Shown: piece after piece, positions 19,141 through 27,955 of the stretch
Position numbering within the stretch: position 1 is the first letter of the stretch
Layout of the letters: every line of letters begins with the position of its first letter
Origin: Carpediemonas membranifera BICM
Taxonomy: Eukaryota; Protista; Fornicata
DNA: 64,000 bases
Assembly: GCA_019828565.1 (NCBI GenBank)
Contig: JAHDYR010000022.1
Location: 62,001 to 126,000 of the forward strand
Direction of reading: 5' to 3'
Notes under the pieces: generated by a model
Told to the model about the DNA's origin: nothing
Databases searched by the model: none
What the model saw: the letters and a program-made list of their open reading frames with translations, nothing else
Made by a program: the position numbers and the translations under genes

Positions 19141-22100
19141 TTACTGTTTCTCGACCATCTCCATGACGGCCTTGCCCTGGGCCTTGAAGCGGGGCAGGGG
19201 CCGGCTCATCATGCCGGTCGCCCACTCCTTCACAGCCTGCACATCACCGCCGACGGCAATGTACTCCGCGAACGTGTCCTCGATGGCCGTGTCGGGGGTC
19301 TGGAACTCCTGGTGGACCCTCGCCACCTCGGCTGCAGTCAGGTCGACCTCGCCGCACAGTGCCTTGAGCTTCTTGAGGGCCTCCGCGGGGGTGGGGTTGG
19401 GGGCCATCTTGCGGCGCTTGATGGTGAAGAGGGCAGCCATCGCAGTCTGGCTCCGGGCAGGGTTCGCGGTGGGCAGGTCGCCGAGGTTCTTGTCGCCACG
19501 GGCGATGGCTGAGGCAAGACGGGAGGCCGAGATCTGGGCGAAGAGGCCGGGCGCCTTGGCGTCAATCGTTTCGGCGAGCTGGGCCTCGTTGACGTGGGTG
19601 AACTCGCGGAGGTTGACGGCAGTGAGCCAGTTGGCGGTGTCCTCGAGGTTGACCTCGTCTTCGTCCTCCTCGTCGACCACCGTCTTGGCAAGGACGCCGG
19701 CGATGAAGGCAAGTGCGTTGGGCGTGTTCGCGCGGATCAGCTCGATGAAGATGGTTGCCTTGAGCTTGAGTGTGCGGTATGCGAACTCGGCCAGGGCCTG
19801 GGCGATCTCCTGGTTCTTCACGGACCCGGCCTCGACCAGCTTAGCCAGGGCCTTGGCGACGTGCTCACACAGATCGTCGTCCCCAGCCTCGACGTGCTTG
19901 AGGCTGATCATCTCCCGGACGTACCGGAAGAACACGGTGAGCTTGCCCTCCTTGGTCCGCCCCACCTGGTCCAGCACGGCCCGCACCATGCGGTTGTGGG
20001 CGTGCGCCATGGCCGCGTCGAAGTCCTCGAGCTCGGCCTCGTCGACGGCATGCTCGACGTAGCCCATGATGTCGTCGAGCGAGGTGCTCTCGTTGAGCCA
20101 TCCGACAGCATTGTCATCGATAATTGAGTCGACGCCCGCGTAGAGATCCTCCTGGGAATCCATCAGGGCCCCGAACAGACTCGCCTTGGGACCCAGGCCG
20201 CGGCGTGCGTTGACAGATGACTGGGCGGCAGGGGTAGTCCGGTTCGAGCCCTTGGAGTGGGACCGCGACTGGGTCCACATGCCAGTGTCGGCGGTCGCCG
20301 TGCGTGTGCTGGCCCTGCTGAGGGAGGACCGGGCCGAGGCCCTGGACCGGGACCTGGCCTGGGACAGCCGGTCCCTCTGGATCGACTCCCGCTCCTGCTT
20401 CGCCTCCTGCTTCGAGAGGGCCTTGGTTGCCTGGAGGGCGGCCCAGTTGCCGTCTCTGATGGTGAAGAGATCCTGGACGAGGTAGCGGGCTCTCACGGGT
20501 CGGTGGGCCTCCTTCTCCCACTCCTTGCACGTGTCGACTAGGGTCTGCATGTCGACCCACATGTCCTGCCACTTCTTCTCCCTCTCGGCGTTGTTACGGA
20601 CGACCGCAGAGTACTTGGCGACCTTCTCGGCCACCTGACGCGCGTTGCACTCCTTGCCGTGGAAGAAACGATCAGAGACGACCTTGAGCTGCCTCTTGAG
20701 CTCATCCGACGCCCCCTCGATGCGGCGCTTGCCCTTGCTGTCCTGGTTCTTGAGGGCCTCCTCGTCGGCCTTCCGGATGAGGGCGTTCAGCTTCTCCCCC
20801 TCCTTCTTGAGCTGGGTCAGCGTGTGCGAGTCACGCTCATCGGCGATCCGCATCTGGTCGAGCGTGGGCCCGACAGCCTTGATGAGGTCGACCAGGCACT
20901 CGATCTTGGGCGTGTCGAGCTGCTCCACGACGAAATCATCCGCCTTAAAGTGCGCCATGAGGCTCGAGAAGCAGGACTGGAAGAGGACCTGTTTGCTGAT
21001 GATCTCAGCCTTGGACTGGACGAAGAGCTCGCCGATGAAGAGCACGTTGTTGCGGACATGATCGGCCCGCTTGGCGTGGAAGTCCGCGCGCTCCTCGTCG
21101 GTCTCGCAGGCGGCGAGCCTCTGCTCCTCCTCCTCGGTCAGCTCGGACATCTGCTGGAACTCCTTCTGGACGAGCTCGACGATGGCCCTCTTGGTCCAGC
21201 GCTTGACCCGTGCCGGGCTGATCGGGACCACGGGTCTCTTGCTGCCGACGAGGTCCGCGGCGCTCTTGGGGGCGCCCTCGGCCGAGCCCTCGGGGGGCGT
21301 GATGGCGTGGGCGAAGACGTCCTTGTGGTAGAGCATCACGATCGTCTCGGCGTACAGCGGGGCGAAGGGCGGCTGGCGGCAGGCCATCTCGAAGATGTCC
21401 TCGATGATCTGCTTGTAGTACACCTCCTTGCCGTAGTGGGTCTCCTTGTTGCCCGCCTTGTCAGTTTCCTCGGTCACCTCGCCGTCAGGGATGCGCTCGA
21501 ACTTGTCGACGCCGCCCTCCTTGCCGGTGATGCGGGCGATGAGCTCCTGCTGGATCTTCTCCTTGTTGTCCTTCACCATCTTGTTCATGATGACCTTGCA
21601 ATCGATTGTGAGCTTCTTGCCAGGCTCGCCGTTGTCGGGCTTGTCGCCGAACACGCTCTTGTACGGGACGACCTTGGCGGGGGTCCGGGGTGCCTTCTTC
21701 GAGTGATCCCGCTCTCTGCGCTCCTTCCTACCCTTGCCCTTGGGACCCTTAGCGCCTCCCTTGCCCTTGGGGGCACGTATCAGGCCCCTGATGAACTTGG
21801 CGAGGTTCTCGGGAAGGGGGTTCTCATCAGAGGCGCGGGGCATCGACTCACCGATCTCGAGCAGCTTCTCGAGGCTGATGGTGATCTTGGCGCCGTCGGC
21901 CTTGACCTCCTCCCGTGGCACCTCCCGCTTGATCTTGGGAGTGTAGACCTTGGGGGCCTCCTGCACGGGTTCGTCCTTCGCCAGCTCGTCCTTGACGGGT
22001 TCGTCTTTGGTGGCCTCCTCCTTAGCGGGAACCTCCTTCTTGGGCTCAGCGGGCTTGGGCTCGTCGTCAACGATATCCTTAACGGGCTCGGCAACAGGCT

Positions 22101-22383
22101 CGGGCTTCTTGTCCTCGGGCTTGGGCACAGCGGGCGTAGCGTCGGGCTTGGGCACAGCGGGCGTAGCGTCGGGCTTGGGCTCCGTATTCTTCTTAGCCAC
22201 TTGGAAAAGACACCTTCCAGTGGATACCGGCGGCTCAGGCTTCGCAGAGCCCTGGGGGGTAGCCGGGGGTCTGTATAGACCATGATATCCGGGAGTAGAA
22301 GCCTTAGACGGTGTGAAAGGCTTAGGTGTGAAAAGCTGTGTGCCTGCAGAGGGCGTGGACTGCTGTTGAGCTGAATTGGACAT
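19141..22383 (-). CDS. Translation initiation factor eIF4G-like (MIF4G plus C-terminal HEAT/MA3-like region)
   Basis: MIF4G motifs IMNKM...IIEDIFEMA..QPPFAPLYA...VQKEFQ...NVLFIGELF...IECLVDLIKAVGPTLD...RARYLVQDL...R..NW. The N-terminus is Pro/Lys-rich; start at 22383 (MSNSAQ) preferred. Confidence 0.85.
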   Translation of the reverse strand: MSNSAQQQSTPSAGTQLFTPKPFTPSKASTPGYHGLYRPPATPQGSAKPEPPVSTGRCLFQVAKKNTEPKPDATPAVPKPDATPAVPKPEDKKPEPVAEPVKDIVDDEPKPAEPKKEVPAKEEATKDEPVKDELAKDEPVQEAPKVYTPKIKREVPREEVKADGAKITISLEKLLEIGESMPRASDENPLPENLAKFIRGLIRAPKGKGGAKGPKGKGRKERRERDHSKKAPRTPAKVVPYKSVFGDKPDNGEPGKKLTIDCKVIMNKMVKDNKEKIQQELIARITGKEGGVDKFERIPDGEVTEETDKAGNKETHYGKEVYYKQIIEDIFEMACRQPPFAPLYAETIVMLYHKDVFAHAITPPEGSAEGAPKSAADLVGSKRPVVPISPARVKRWTKRAIVELVQKEFQQMSELTEEEEQRLAACETDEERADFHAKRADHVRNNVLFIGELFVQSKAEIISKQVLFQSCFSSLMAHFKADDFVVEQLDTPKIECLVDLIKAVGPTLDQMRIADERDSHTLTQLKKEGEKLNALIRKADEEALKNQDSKGKRRIEGASDELKRQLKVVSDRFFHGKECNARQVAEKVAKYSAVVRNNAEREKKWQDMWVDMQTLVDTCKEWEKEAHRPVRARYLVQDLFTIRDGNWAALQATKALSKQEAKQERESIQRDRLSQARSRSRASARSSLSRASTRTATADTGMWTQSRSHSKGSNRTTPAAQSSVNARRGLGPKASLFGALMDSQEDLYAGVDSIIDDNAVGWLNESTSLDDIMGYVEHAVDEAELEDFDAAMAHAHNRMVRAVLDQVGRTKEGKLTVFFRYVREMISLKHVEAGDDDLCEHVAKALAKLVEAGSVKNQEIAQALAEFAYRTLKLKATIFIELIRANTPNALAFIAGVLAKTVVDEEDEDEVNLEDTANWLTAVNLREFTHVNEAQLAETIDAKAPGLFAQISASRLASAIARGDKNLGDLPTANPARSQTAMAALFTIKRRKMAPNPTPAEALKKLKALCGEVDLTAAEVARVHQEFQTPDTAIEDTFAEYIAVGGDVQAVKEWATGMMSRPLPRFKAQGKAVMEMVEKQ

Positions 22384-22597
22384 CGATCGTCGCTCTCTGC
22401 AAGAAAAAAAGATCGACTCAGATTCGACTGCATCCTGGCCGAAGACCATAGAAAGAAGAGGAGAGTTGCCGGCACTGTATACTACCGGCTATGGGAGCTT
22501 CGGGGCCCTTCCACTCCTCGGCCTTGGCTCCCAGTCATCCAGTTCATTTCTGTGCTCACTAGCATGCCCTGCCCGAATCTATCCGCATTTTATGACA

Positions 22598-24220
22598 TTA
22601 ATAGTCAGGCTCGACTCTTCGAGCCCCGTTCAACCGCTTCTTCTTGATGTTCTTGGCCTTCTTCAGGCTGACCGACGGTAGACTGAGCTGGGGTGCCTGG
22701 GCAAGTCCGAACGAGTTGGCCACACCGACCATGTCGTCGATGTCGTCGATGTTGAAGATGTCCTTCATGCTCCGACTGTCGTATGACGTCAGGAACGACC
22801 GCATCGCCTCCTTGCCGAGCTTCCTGAGCTCATCTTTCTTAGTGCCCAGCGCCACGAGCAGTCGCGCCTCCTTATCTATGCGGGCAATGAGCCCCTCCCG
22901 CTTCTCCTTCTCCTCAGCCGACTCGCCTGGCCTGGCGGTGAAGGGACCCCACTCCATGAAGGTGGTCCTCGCGCCGGTCTTCGGGTCGACCTCCAGCACC
23001 CCCAGGAAGGACAACTCAGCCTCGGTCAGGAATATCAGCGCGTTGGCCTTGCGGGTTGAGGCCCCTCTGCATGCTCTACCGACCCGATGGATGTACGTGT
23101 CGCGATCGTTGGGCGGGTCGAGCTGGATGACCCAATCGACGTCGGGGAAGTCCACGCCGCGGGCCGCGACGTCCGTAGTGACTAGCACACCAGAGGAGTC
23201 CTCACGTCTGAACTCGTTATAAGTAGCCCGCCTGTCGCTCTGCTTCATATCACCGAAGAGACGGAACAGCTTGTACGAGTCGCCCTTGGCCGGGTCGTAG
23301 AAGCGGACGACGTTCAGGAAGCTGTAGTAGAACTTCACAGCAGCACAGGAGGAGACGTATACGATGGTCTTGTGGTTCTTGGCCTTGCGCTGTTTGAGGA
23401 GCTTGTACAGTACAGCAAAGCGGTGCTTATACTCACAGGGGACGTAACTCTCAGTCAGGTTGGCGTGGGTCACAGCCTCAGTTGGCGGCCCGACGTTGAT
23501 CCTGGTGAGTGTGACCGCGGCGTCCTCGCTGTACATATCCCCGTCCGTTCCAATGTCAGTAGTGCAGAACAGCGCGGCAAGCTCAGTGACGTTGTTCGTC
23601 TGTGTGGCTGAGAACATGAGGGTCTGCTTGGGGGCCTCGGTGGCGGGCAGCGTCCTGACAATGAGCTCGAGGTCGGGCTTGAAACCCTCGTCGAGGAGGC
23701 GGTCGGTCTCGTCCACAATAAGCATCAGGAGATTCGAGAACTGGTCGCGGGCCTCCTTGTTGTGCGTAATGATGTCCTTGAGACGGCCTGGGGTGGCAAC
23801 AACGATGTGTGCGCCCTTCTTGATCCGATCAAGTTGATCGTCACGGCTGTCGCCTCCAATCACCTTAGCAATCTTAATACTACCCAGCTCACGACCTACA
23901 CAGAGCTTCTGCGCCACGTTGAACGTTTGCTCGGCGAGTTCCCGGGTGGGAGAGAGCACCAGGACGCGGGTCCCTTGGCGCTGCTGGGCACGGAGCTTGT
24001 GGAGAATCTGGACTGCTGGGAGCACAAAGGCAAGTGTCTTACCACTTCCAGTGGGCGCTGAGGCCAGGATATTCTTTCCAGCCAAGATGGCGGGGATAGT
24101 TTCACGCTGAATGGCTGTGAGCTCCTTGTGATCTTTGAAATTCTCGTCAATGGAGTTATACACTACCTTACCGATGATTCCATGCTCATATAGCGAGCGG
24201 AAGGTCTCAACGTCGTCCAT
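22598..24220 (-). CDS. DEAD-box RNA helicase, HAS1/DDX18-like
   Basis: Q motif (LTAIQ), APTGSGKTLAF, PTRELA, ATPGRL, DETD, FSATQT, TTDVAARGVD, DPP and YIHRVGR. Confidence 0.9.
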   Translation of the reverse strand: MDDVETFRSLYEHGIIGKVVYNSIDENFKDHKELTAIQRETIPAILAGKNILASAPTGSGKTLAFVLPAVQILHKLRAQQRQGTRVLVLSPTRELAEQTFNVAQKLCVGRELGSIKIAKVIGGDSRDDQLDRIKKGAHIVVATPGRLKDIITHNKEARDQFSNLLMLIVDETDRLLDEGFKPDLELIVRTLPATEAPKQTLMFSATQTNNVTELAALFCTTDIGTDGDMYSEDAAVTLTRINVGPPTEAVTHANLTESYVPCEYKHRFAVLYKLLKQRKAKNHKTIVYVSSCAAVKFYYSFLNVVRFYDPAKGDSYKLFRLFGDMKQSDRRATYNEFRREDSSGVLVTTDVAARGVDFPDVDWVIQLDPPNDRDTYIHRVGRACRGASTRKANALIFLTEAELSFLGVLEVDPKTGARTTFMEWGPFTARPGESAEEKEKREGLIARIDKEARLLVALGTKKDELRKLGKEAMRSFLTSYDSRSMKDIFNIDDIDDMVGVANSFGLAQAPQLSLPSVSLKKAKNIKKKRLNGARRVEPDY

Positions 24221-24265
24221 TGCTCAGATCGAAGGGTGCAGTTTAGTAGTGTGAGTAGTGAAGGG

Positions 24266-24379
24266 TCGAACAATGTGTTTATACTGCGCAACACTGTCCT
24301 GTCTCCATCCTACTCACGTCTTAAGTCTGTAGGGAGATCGTCTTCTCCAGAGCTTCCACAAAATCATCTTCATCGTGGA
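24266..24379 (+). repeat. Direct repeat copy 1 (28-bp core plus ~85-bp extension)
   Basis: tcgaacaatgtgtttatactgcgcaaca-ctgtcctgtctccatcctactcacgtcttaagtctgtagggagatcgtcttctccagagcttccacaaa...cgtgga; matches 26899-27034. Confidence 0.95.
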
Positions 24380-24421
24380 AGAGAGAACAACAGGCTGCCA
24401 TGCCTTCAAAGTGTTCGTCAA

Positions 24422-26734
24422 TCAAGCTCTCCTACCGACCTGTAACATCGAGCGCCAGTTCACGAGCTTTGCAGGATAACTCGATGCCAGCTGAACAGCG
24501 TCGCTCTCATTAAAAAAATAACGGAGATCACTGATCTTGGTTTCAACTAAACCGACGGAATTGCGCATGTTATCGAAGGAAGGGAGCTTGTCACCGGCGG
24601 CTTGGGTAAAGTTACTGGCGAAACTGCGCATGGTATCGAAGGAAGGGAGCTTGTCACCGGCGGCTTGGGTAAAGTTACTGGCGAAACTGCGCATGTTACC
24701 GAAGGAAGGGAGCTTGTCACCGGCGGCTTGGGTAAAGTTACTGGCGAAACTGCGCATGTTACCGAAGGAAGGGAGCTTGTCACCGGCGGCTTGGGTAAAG
24801 TTACTGGCGAAACTGCGCATGTTATCGAAGGAATGGAGCCAGTCACCGGCGGCTTGGGTAAAGTTACTGGCGAAACTGCGCATGTTACCGAAGGAATGGA
24901 GCCAGTCACCGGCGGCTTGGGTAAAGTTACTGGCGAAACTGCGCATGTTATCGAAGGAATGGAGCCAGTCACCGGCGGCTTGGGTAAAGTTACTGGCGAA
25001 ACTGCGCATGTTACCGAAGGAATGGAGCCAGTCACCGGCGGCTTGGGTAAAGTTACTGGCGAAACTGCGCATGTTATCGAAGGAATGGAGCCAGTCACCG
25101 GCGGCTTGGGTAAAGTTACTGGCGAAACTGCGCATGTTACTGACGGAATTGCGTATGTAACCAAGTAAATGGAAAATACTGCAGACGATACGTGGTATGT
25201 AACGAAGGACAGCGATTATGTAACCAACAACAGCCGTCAAACCATGCCAACGAAACCCGAGACCAATGGCCAGACAAACCAACAGACACGCACCAGCAAG
25301 TATAGTACGGACTTTGAGTAGAGAGGCACAAAAATTGATGCCCACTTCAACCACCACTCCAGCCACCACTCCAACTATGAGGAGGACTACCATGTTCAGC
25401 AGCGACTTGTTTCTGTCGAGATCATCCCCTCTTCGGTCCAACGCGTAGGTCAAACCCTGCACGAGCGTCGGATCTGCCCAGCAATTCACAGTGCGCCTGT
25501 CAAATGTCCGTTGAAGCTTGCCCAAGTCCTTGTGGCGCTTGACCTTGTCAATGTCATTGCGGAATCTGTGGGCATCCGTCGAACACGCATAGGCCGCGGC
25601 GTCAAAGTTCATCTTAACGCTCCGCTCAAACAGCGCAGTCGAGTCGAACGAGCACTGCTTGCACCGCGACTGGAAAGAAATGCCGGCTTCATCAATGAGC
25701 TGCCTCAGCTGCCCCTCGAAAACGTCCTTGTGCAGGGGGATCATCCCACTCACCGCGGTAATGACATCTGCCTCAACATCAACGGTGACCGCACGAGATA
25801 CCTGTGTGGCAAGTCTCTCTGTAGTCGGAGTCGGGTTGGTCAAGAGTAGATCTACGAGTCGCTCAATTAGATTCAGTCGGGAACTGGCACGGCGCCAAGG
25901 CTTTGATATGGTGACAACATGAGACCGCACATCAGCCAGTGCATCCAGATACTCCTCGTCAAACAGAATATTACCTGAATCTAGCCGTTTCCAGAGCTTC
26001 GAATCAGATACAGCCGGGGGTAGAGTCATGATGGGGGTGCCGTCTCCAGAGAAACGGCCGAGTGTGTCTCGGAACAGCCGCATGGCCTTATGGCTGCCTG
26101 GCATGTCTTCCACGATGCTAGGGAGAGATCCTATGTCCAGTGTGTACTTCTGTACGGTGAAGAGTAGGTTTGGGAGTGTGGAGATGTCCGAGTAGACCTC
26201 TGACAGCTTCATAGCGTCCGCAGCCTCGAGAAGGTCGGCCATATCAAGTTTCTGGTCTGTGTTGAAGATAGTGAGGTCCGAGATGGCCAGACTGACCAGC
26301 ACTAACGCGTGGTCAGTCGTTTCATCGCCCTGGGGCGAGTACACGCCTTCCACGTCGAGCAATACAGCACAACGGCGACAGTGCGATTCATTAGCGCATT
26401 GAATGAAGTCTGAGGTGTCTATGCAGACGGGATGGGAGGCCCAAACTCCTGTGGTGCCGGGAGACGAGGCGTCGGATGAAACGTTGAGGCGCTCTTGCTT
26501 GTTGGAAAGACCTAGAAGCTGGTTGATCATGAAGCTCTTGCCGCGCTTGTTGCGCCCGACAACAGATATGAAGTGATATGGATGAGACAAAATGTCACGC
26601 CCGGCATCCGTCAGCTCGATATGATCGTTCACTGAATCTATAATCCGAAGTGGGAACGTTATTTCCTGCGTACATAGCGCTACTGTTGCAATAATCACCA
26701 GCAACCCAAAGAATCTTCCAGAAAGCCACTGCAT
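24422..26734 (-). CDS. GBP/atlastin-like large GTPase with N-terminal signal/TM, C-terminal TM cluster and 21-aa repeat tail
   Basis: ISVVGRNKRGKSFMINQL (G1), GTTGVW (G2), VLLDVEG (G3) and LAISDLTIFN. The N-terminus MQWLSGRFFGLLVIIATVALC is hydrophobic; start at 26734 preferred. Confidence 0.8.
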   Translation of the reverse strand: MQWLSGRFFGLLVIIATVALCTQEITFPLRIIDSVNDHIELTDAGRDILSHPYHFISVVGRNKRGKSFMINQLLGLSNKQERLNVSSDASSPGTTGVWASHPVCIDTSDFIQCANESHCRRCAVLLDVEGVYSPQGDETTDHALVLVSLAISDLTIFNTDQKLDMADLLEAADAMKLSEVYSDISTLPNLLFTVQKYTLDIGSLPSIVEDMPGSHKAMRLFRDTLGRFSGDGTPIMTLPPAVSDSKLWKRLDSGNILFDEEYLDALADVRSHVVTISKPWRRASSRLNLIERLVDLLLTNPTPTTERLATQVSRAVTVDVEADVITAVSGMIPLHKDVFEGQLRQLIDEAGISFQSRCKQCSFDSTALFERSVKMNFDAAAYACSTDAHRFRNDIDKVKRHKDLGKLQRTFDRRTVNCWADPTLVQGLTYALDRRGDDLDRNKSLLNMVVLLIVGVVAGVVVEVGINFCASLLKVRTILAGACLLVCLAIGLGFRWHGLTAVVGYIIAVLRYIPRIVCSIFHLLGYIRNSVSNMRSFASNFTQAAGDWLHSFDNMRSFASNFTQAAGDWLHSFGNMRSFASNFTQAAGDWLHSFDNMRSFASNFTQAAGDWLHSFGNMRSFASNFTQAAGDWLHSFDNMRSFASNFTQAAGDKLPSFGNMRSFASNFTQAAGDKLPSFGNMRSFASNFTQAAGDKLPSFDTMRSFASNFTQAAGDKLPSFDNMRNSVGLVETKISDLRYFFNESDAVQLASSYPAKLVNWRSMLQVGRRA
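24554..25155. repeat. 63-bp tandem repeat, about 9 copies (NMRSFASNFTQAAGD[WLH/KLP]SF[D/G])
   Basis: Directly visible: five WLH-type units then four KLP-type units in protein order. Confidence 0.95.
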
Positions 26735-26898
26735 AAGCCCAAGAGGCTGAACGAAAAAACGCAGGATTGTGATTTGCTCGGGGTGAACGGCCCGTGAGGG
26801 GAGACAAAGGCAACAAGAAGTTGGTACGTTTAATGCCGCAGCAGTGCTGGGGGAGTGAATGTACACCATAAATGGAGTTACGTAATTCGCAGGATAAG

Positions 26899-27034
26899 GA
26901 ACAATGTGTTTATAGGTGTTTACTGGGGGTTCATTTATACTGCGCAACACTGCCCTGTCTCCCTCCTACTCACGTCTTAAGTCTGTAGGGAGATCGTCTT
27001 CTCCAGAGCTTCCACAAAGCGTCTTCTTCGTGGA
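26899..27034 (+). repeat. Direct repeat copy 2; core interrupted by a 19-bp insert flanked by duplicated TTTATA
   Basis: gaacaatgtg-tttata-ggtgtttactgggggttca-tttata-ctgcgcaacactgccctgtctccctcctac...cgtgga. Confidence 0.93.
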
Positions 27035-27777
27035 CGTCAGCACAGCTGCAAACATCACAATCGCTCACACGTCGTCTCATTGTCTTCTATTCCACATTAA
27101 ATTCACTTCTACACTTGTATATGCTGGTAATGGTGTTCATCGTCGGCTCTTATATGTCATCTTCATCAATGACCAGCTGCACACCTGTAGTGCGCAACAA
27201 GATGGAGATATATACGATCAAAGCCTCCATAAACCAAGCTTTCAGACCGTTAGTTCTCCTTCTCAAGGGGTATAACATTGTCGTCGATCTTAACATGGTT
27301 AACGAGGATCGCACCACCGTCGTCTGCCCTCACTGCCACGCTCCCTACAAGCGAGTTCGTCCGCGTGATGACAAGCACGTTCACCCACATCGTGTGATGC
27401 TCTGCGAAAAACCACAGTGCCGTGGTGCTCAGTGGCGCACAACAGTTCCTGATGCTCTGAATGTTGATCATCGGGACAAGAGTGCTGCAGAGAACATCCT
27501 GTGGCGTTCTCTTGCCACGGAAGATGAGCTTGGTCGCTCTCCGTTCAGTCGCACAGTGATCCCGCGCCTTCCAACATCATTCCAGTCAATCATCAATTGG
27601 CTAACCGCCACCATTCGTCTGCTGACGGATGATGTTGTGCAGTTTGGCACTTTGATCGTTCCTTTCAGGCCCTGTCTGGGAGGTTCGAATAATGTGTTTA
27701 TACTGCGCAACATGCCCAGATCCCAGATCCTCCAGGACAGTACCACCATGCCGACTGTCGTGGTGACGCGTCCTTGA
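26989..27777 (+). mobile_element. Truncated TnpB/Fanzor-family RNA-guided nuclease ORF (RuvC-II, zinc finger, RuvC-III), probably a non-autonomous relic
   Basis: VNEDRTTVVCPHC (27298-27336), RVMLCEKPQC (to 27420) and DHRDKSAAENILW (27466-27504) match the V[D/N]ExxTSxxCxxC...C...C...RDxNAAxNI signature. No RuvC-I DPG motif or N-terminal REC/WED region was found. Confidence 0.75.
27685..27712 (+). repeat. Direct repeat copy 3 (28-bp core only)
   Basis: tcgaataatgtgtttatactgcgcaaca, 27/28 identical to 24266-24293. Confidence 0.95.
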
Positions 27778-27955
27778 CTTTTCTGAATCAGACAGGCTGA
27801 GTGAAACATACTGACTGACAGACCAAGCACCGCCAGTCGGCAATCACAACGAGGTGCCGAGCTTCCAGTAAACCATGCCCGCCAGGGAGGAAAGTAGTTT
27901 AACAACATGTCTAACAGATATATACATTCTACATAACACTATGTAACACCCACAC

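Noticed and set aside
22514-22530. Resemblance to the U2 snRNA 5' end (CTCGGCCTTGGCT)
   Set aside because: No downstream GTAGTA branch-pairing sequence or Sm site on that strand.
24554-25155. Possible CRISPR array
   Set aside because: Contiguous 63-bp units with no unique spacers, in frame within a CDS, and no cas genes.
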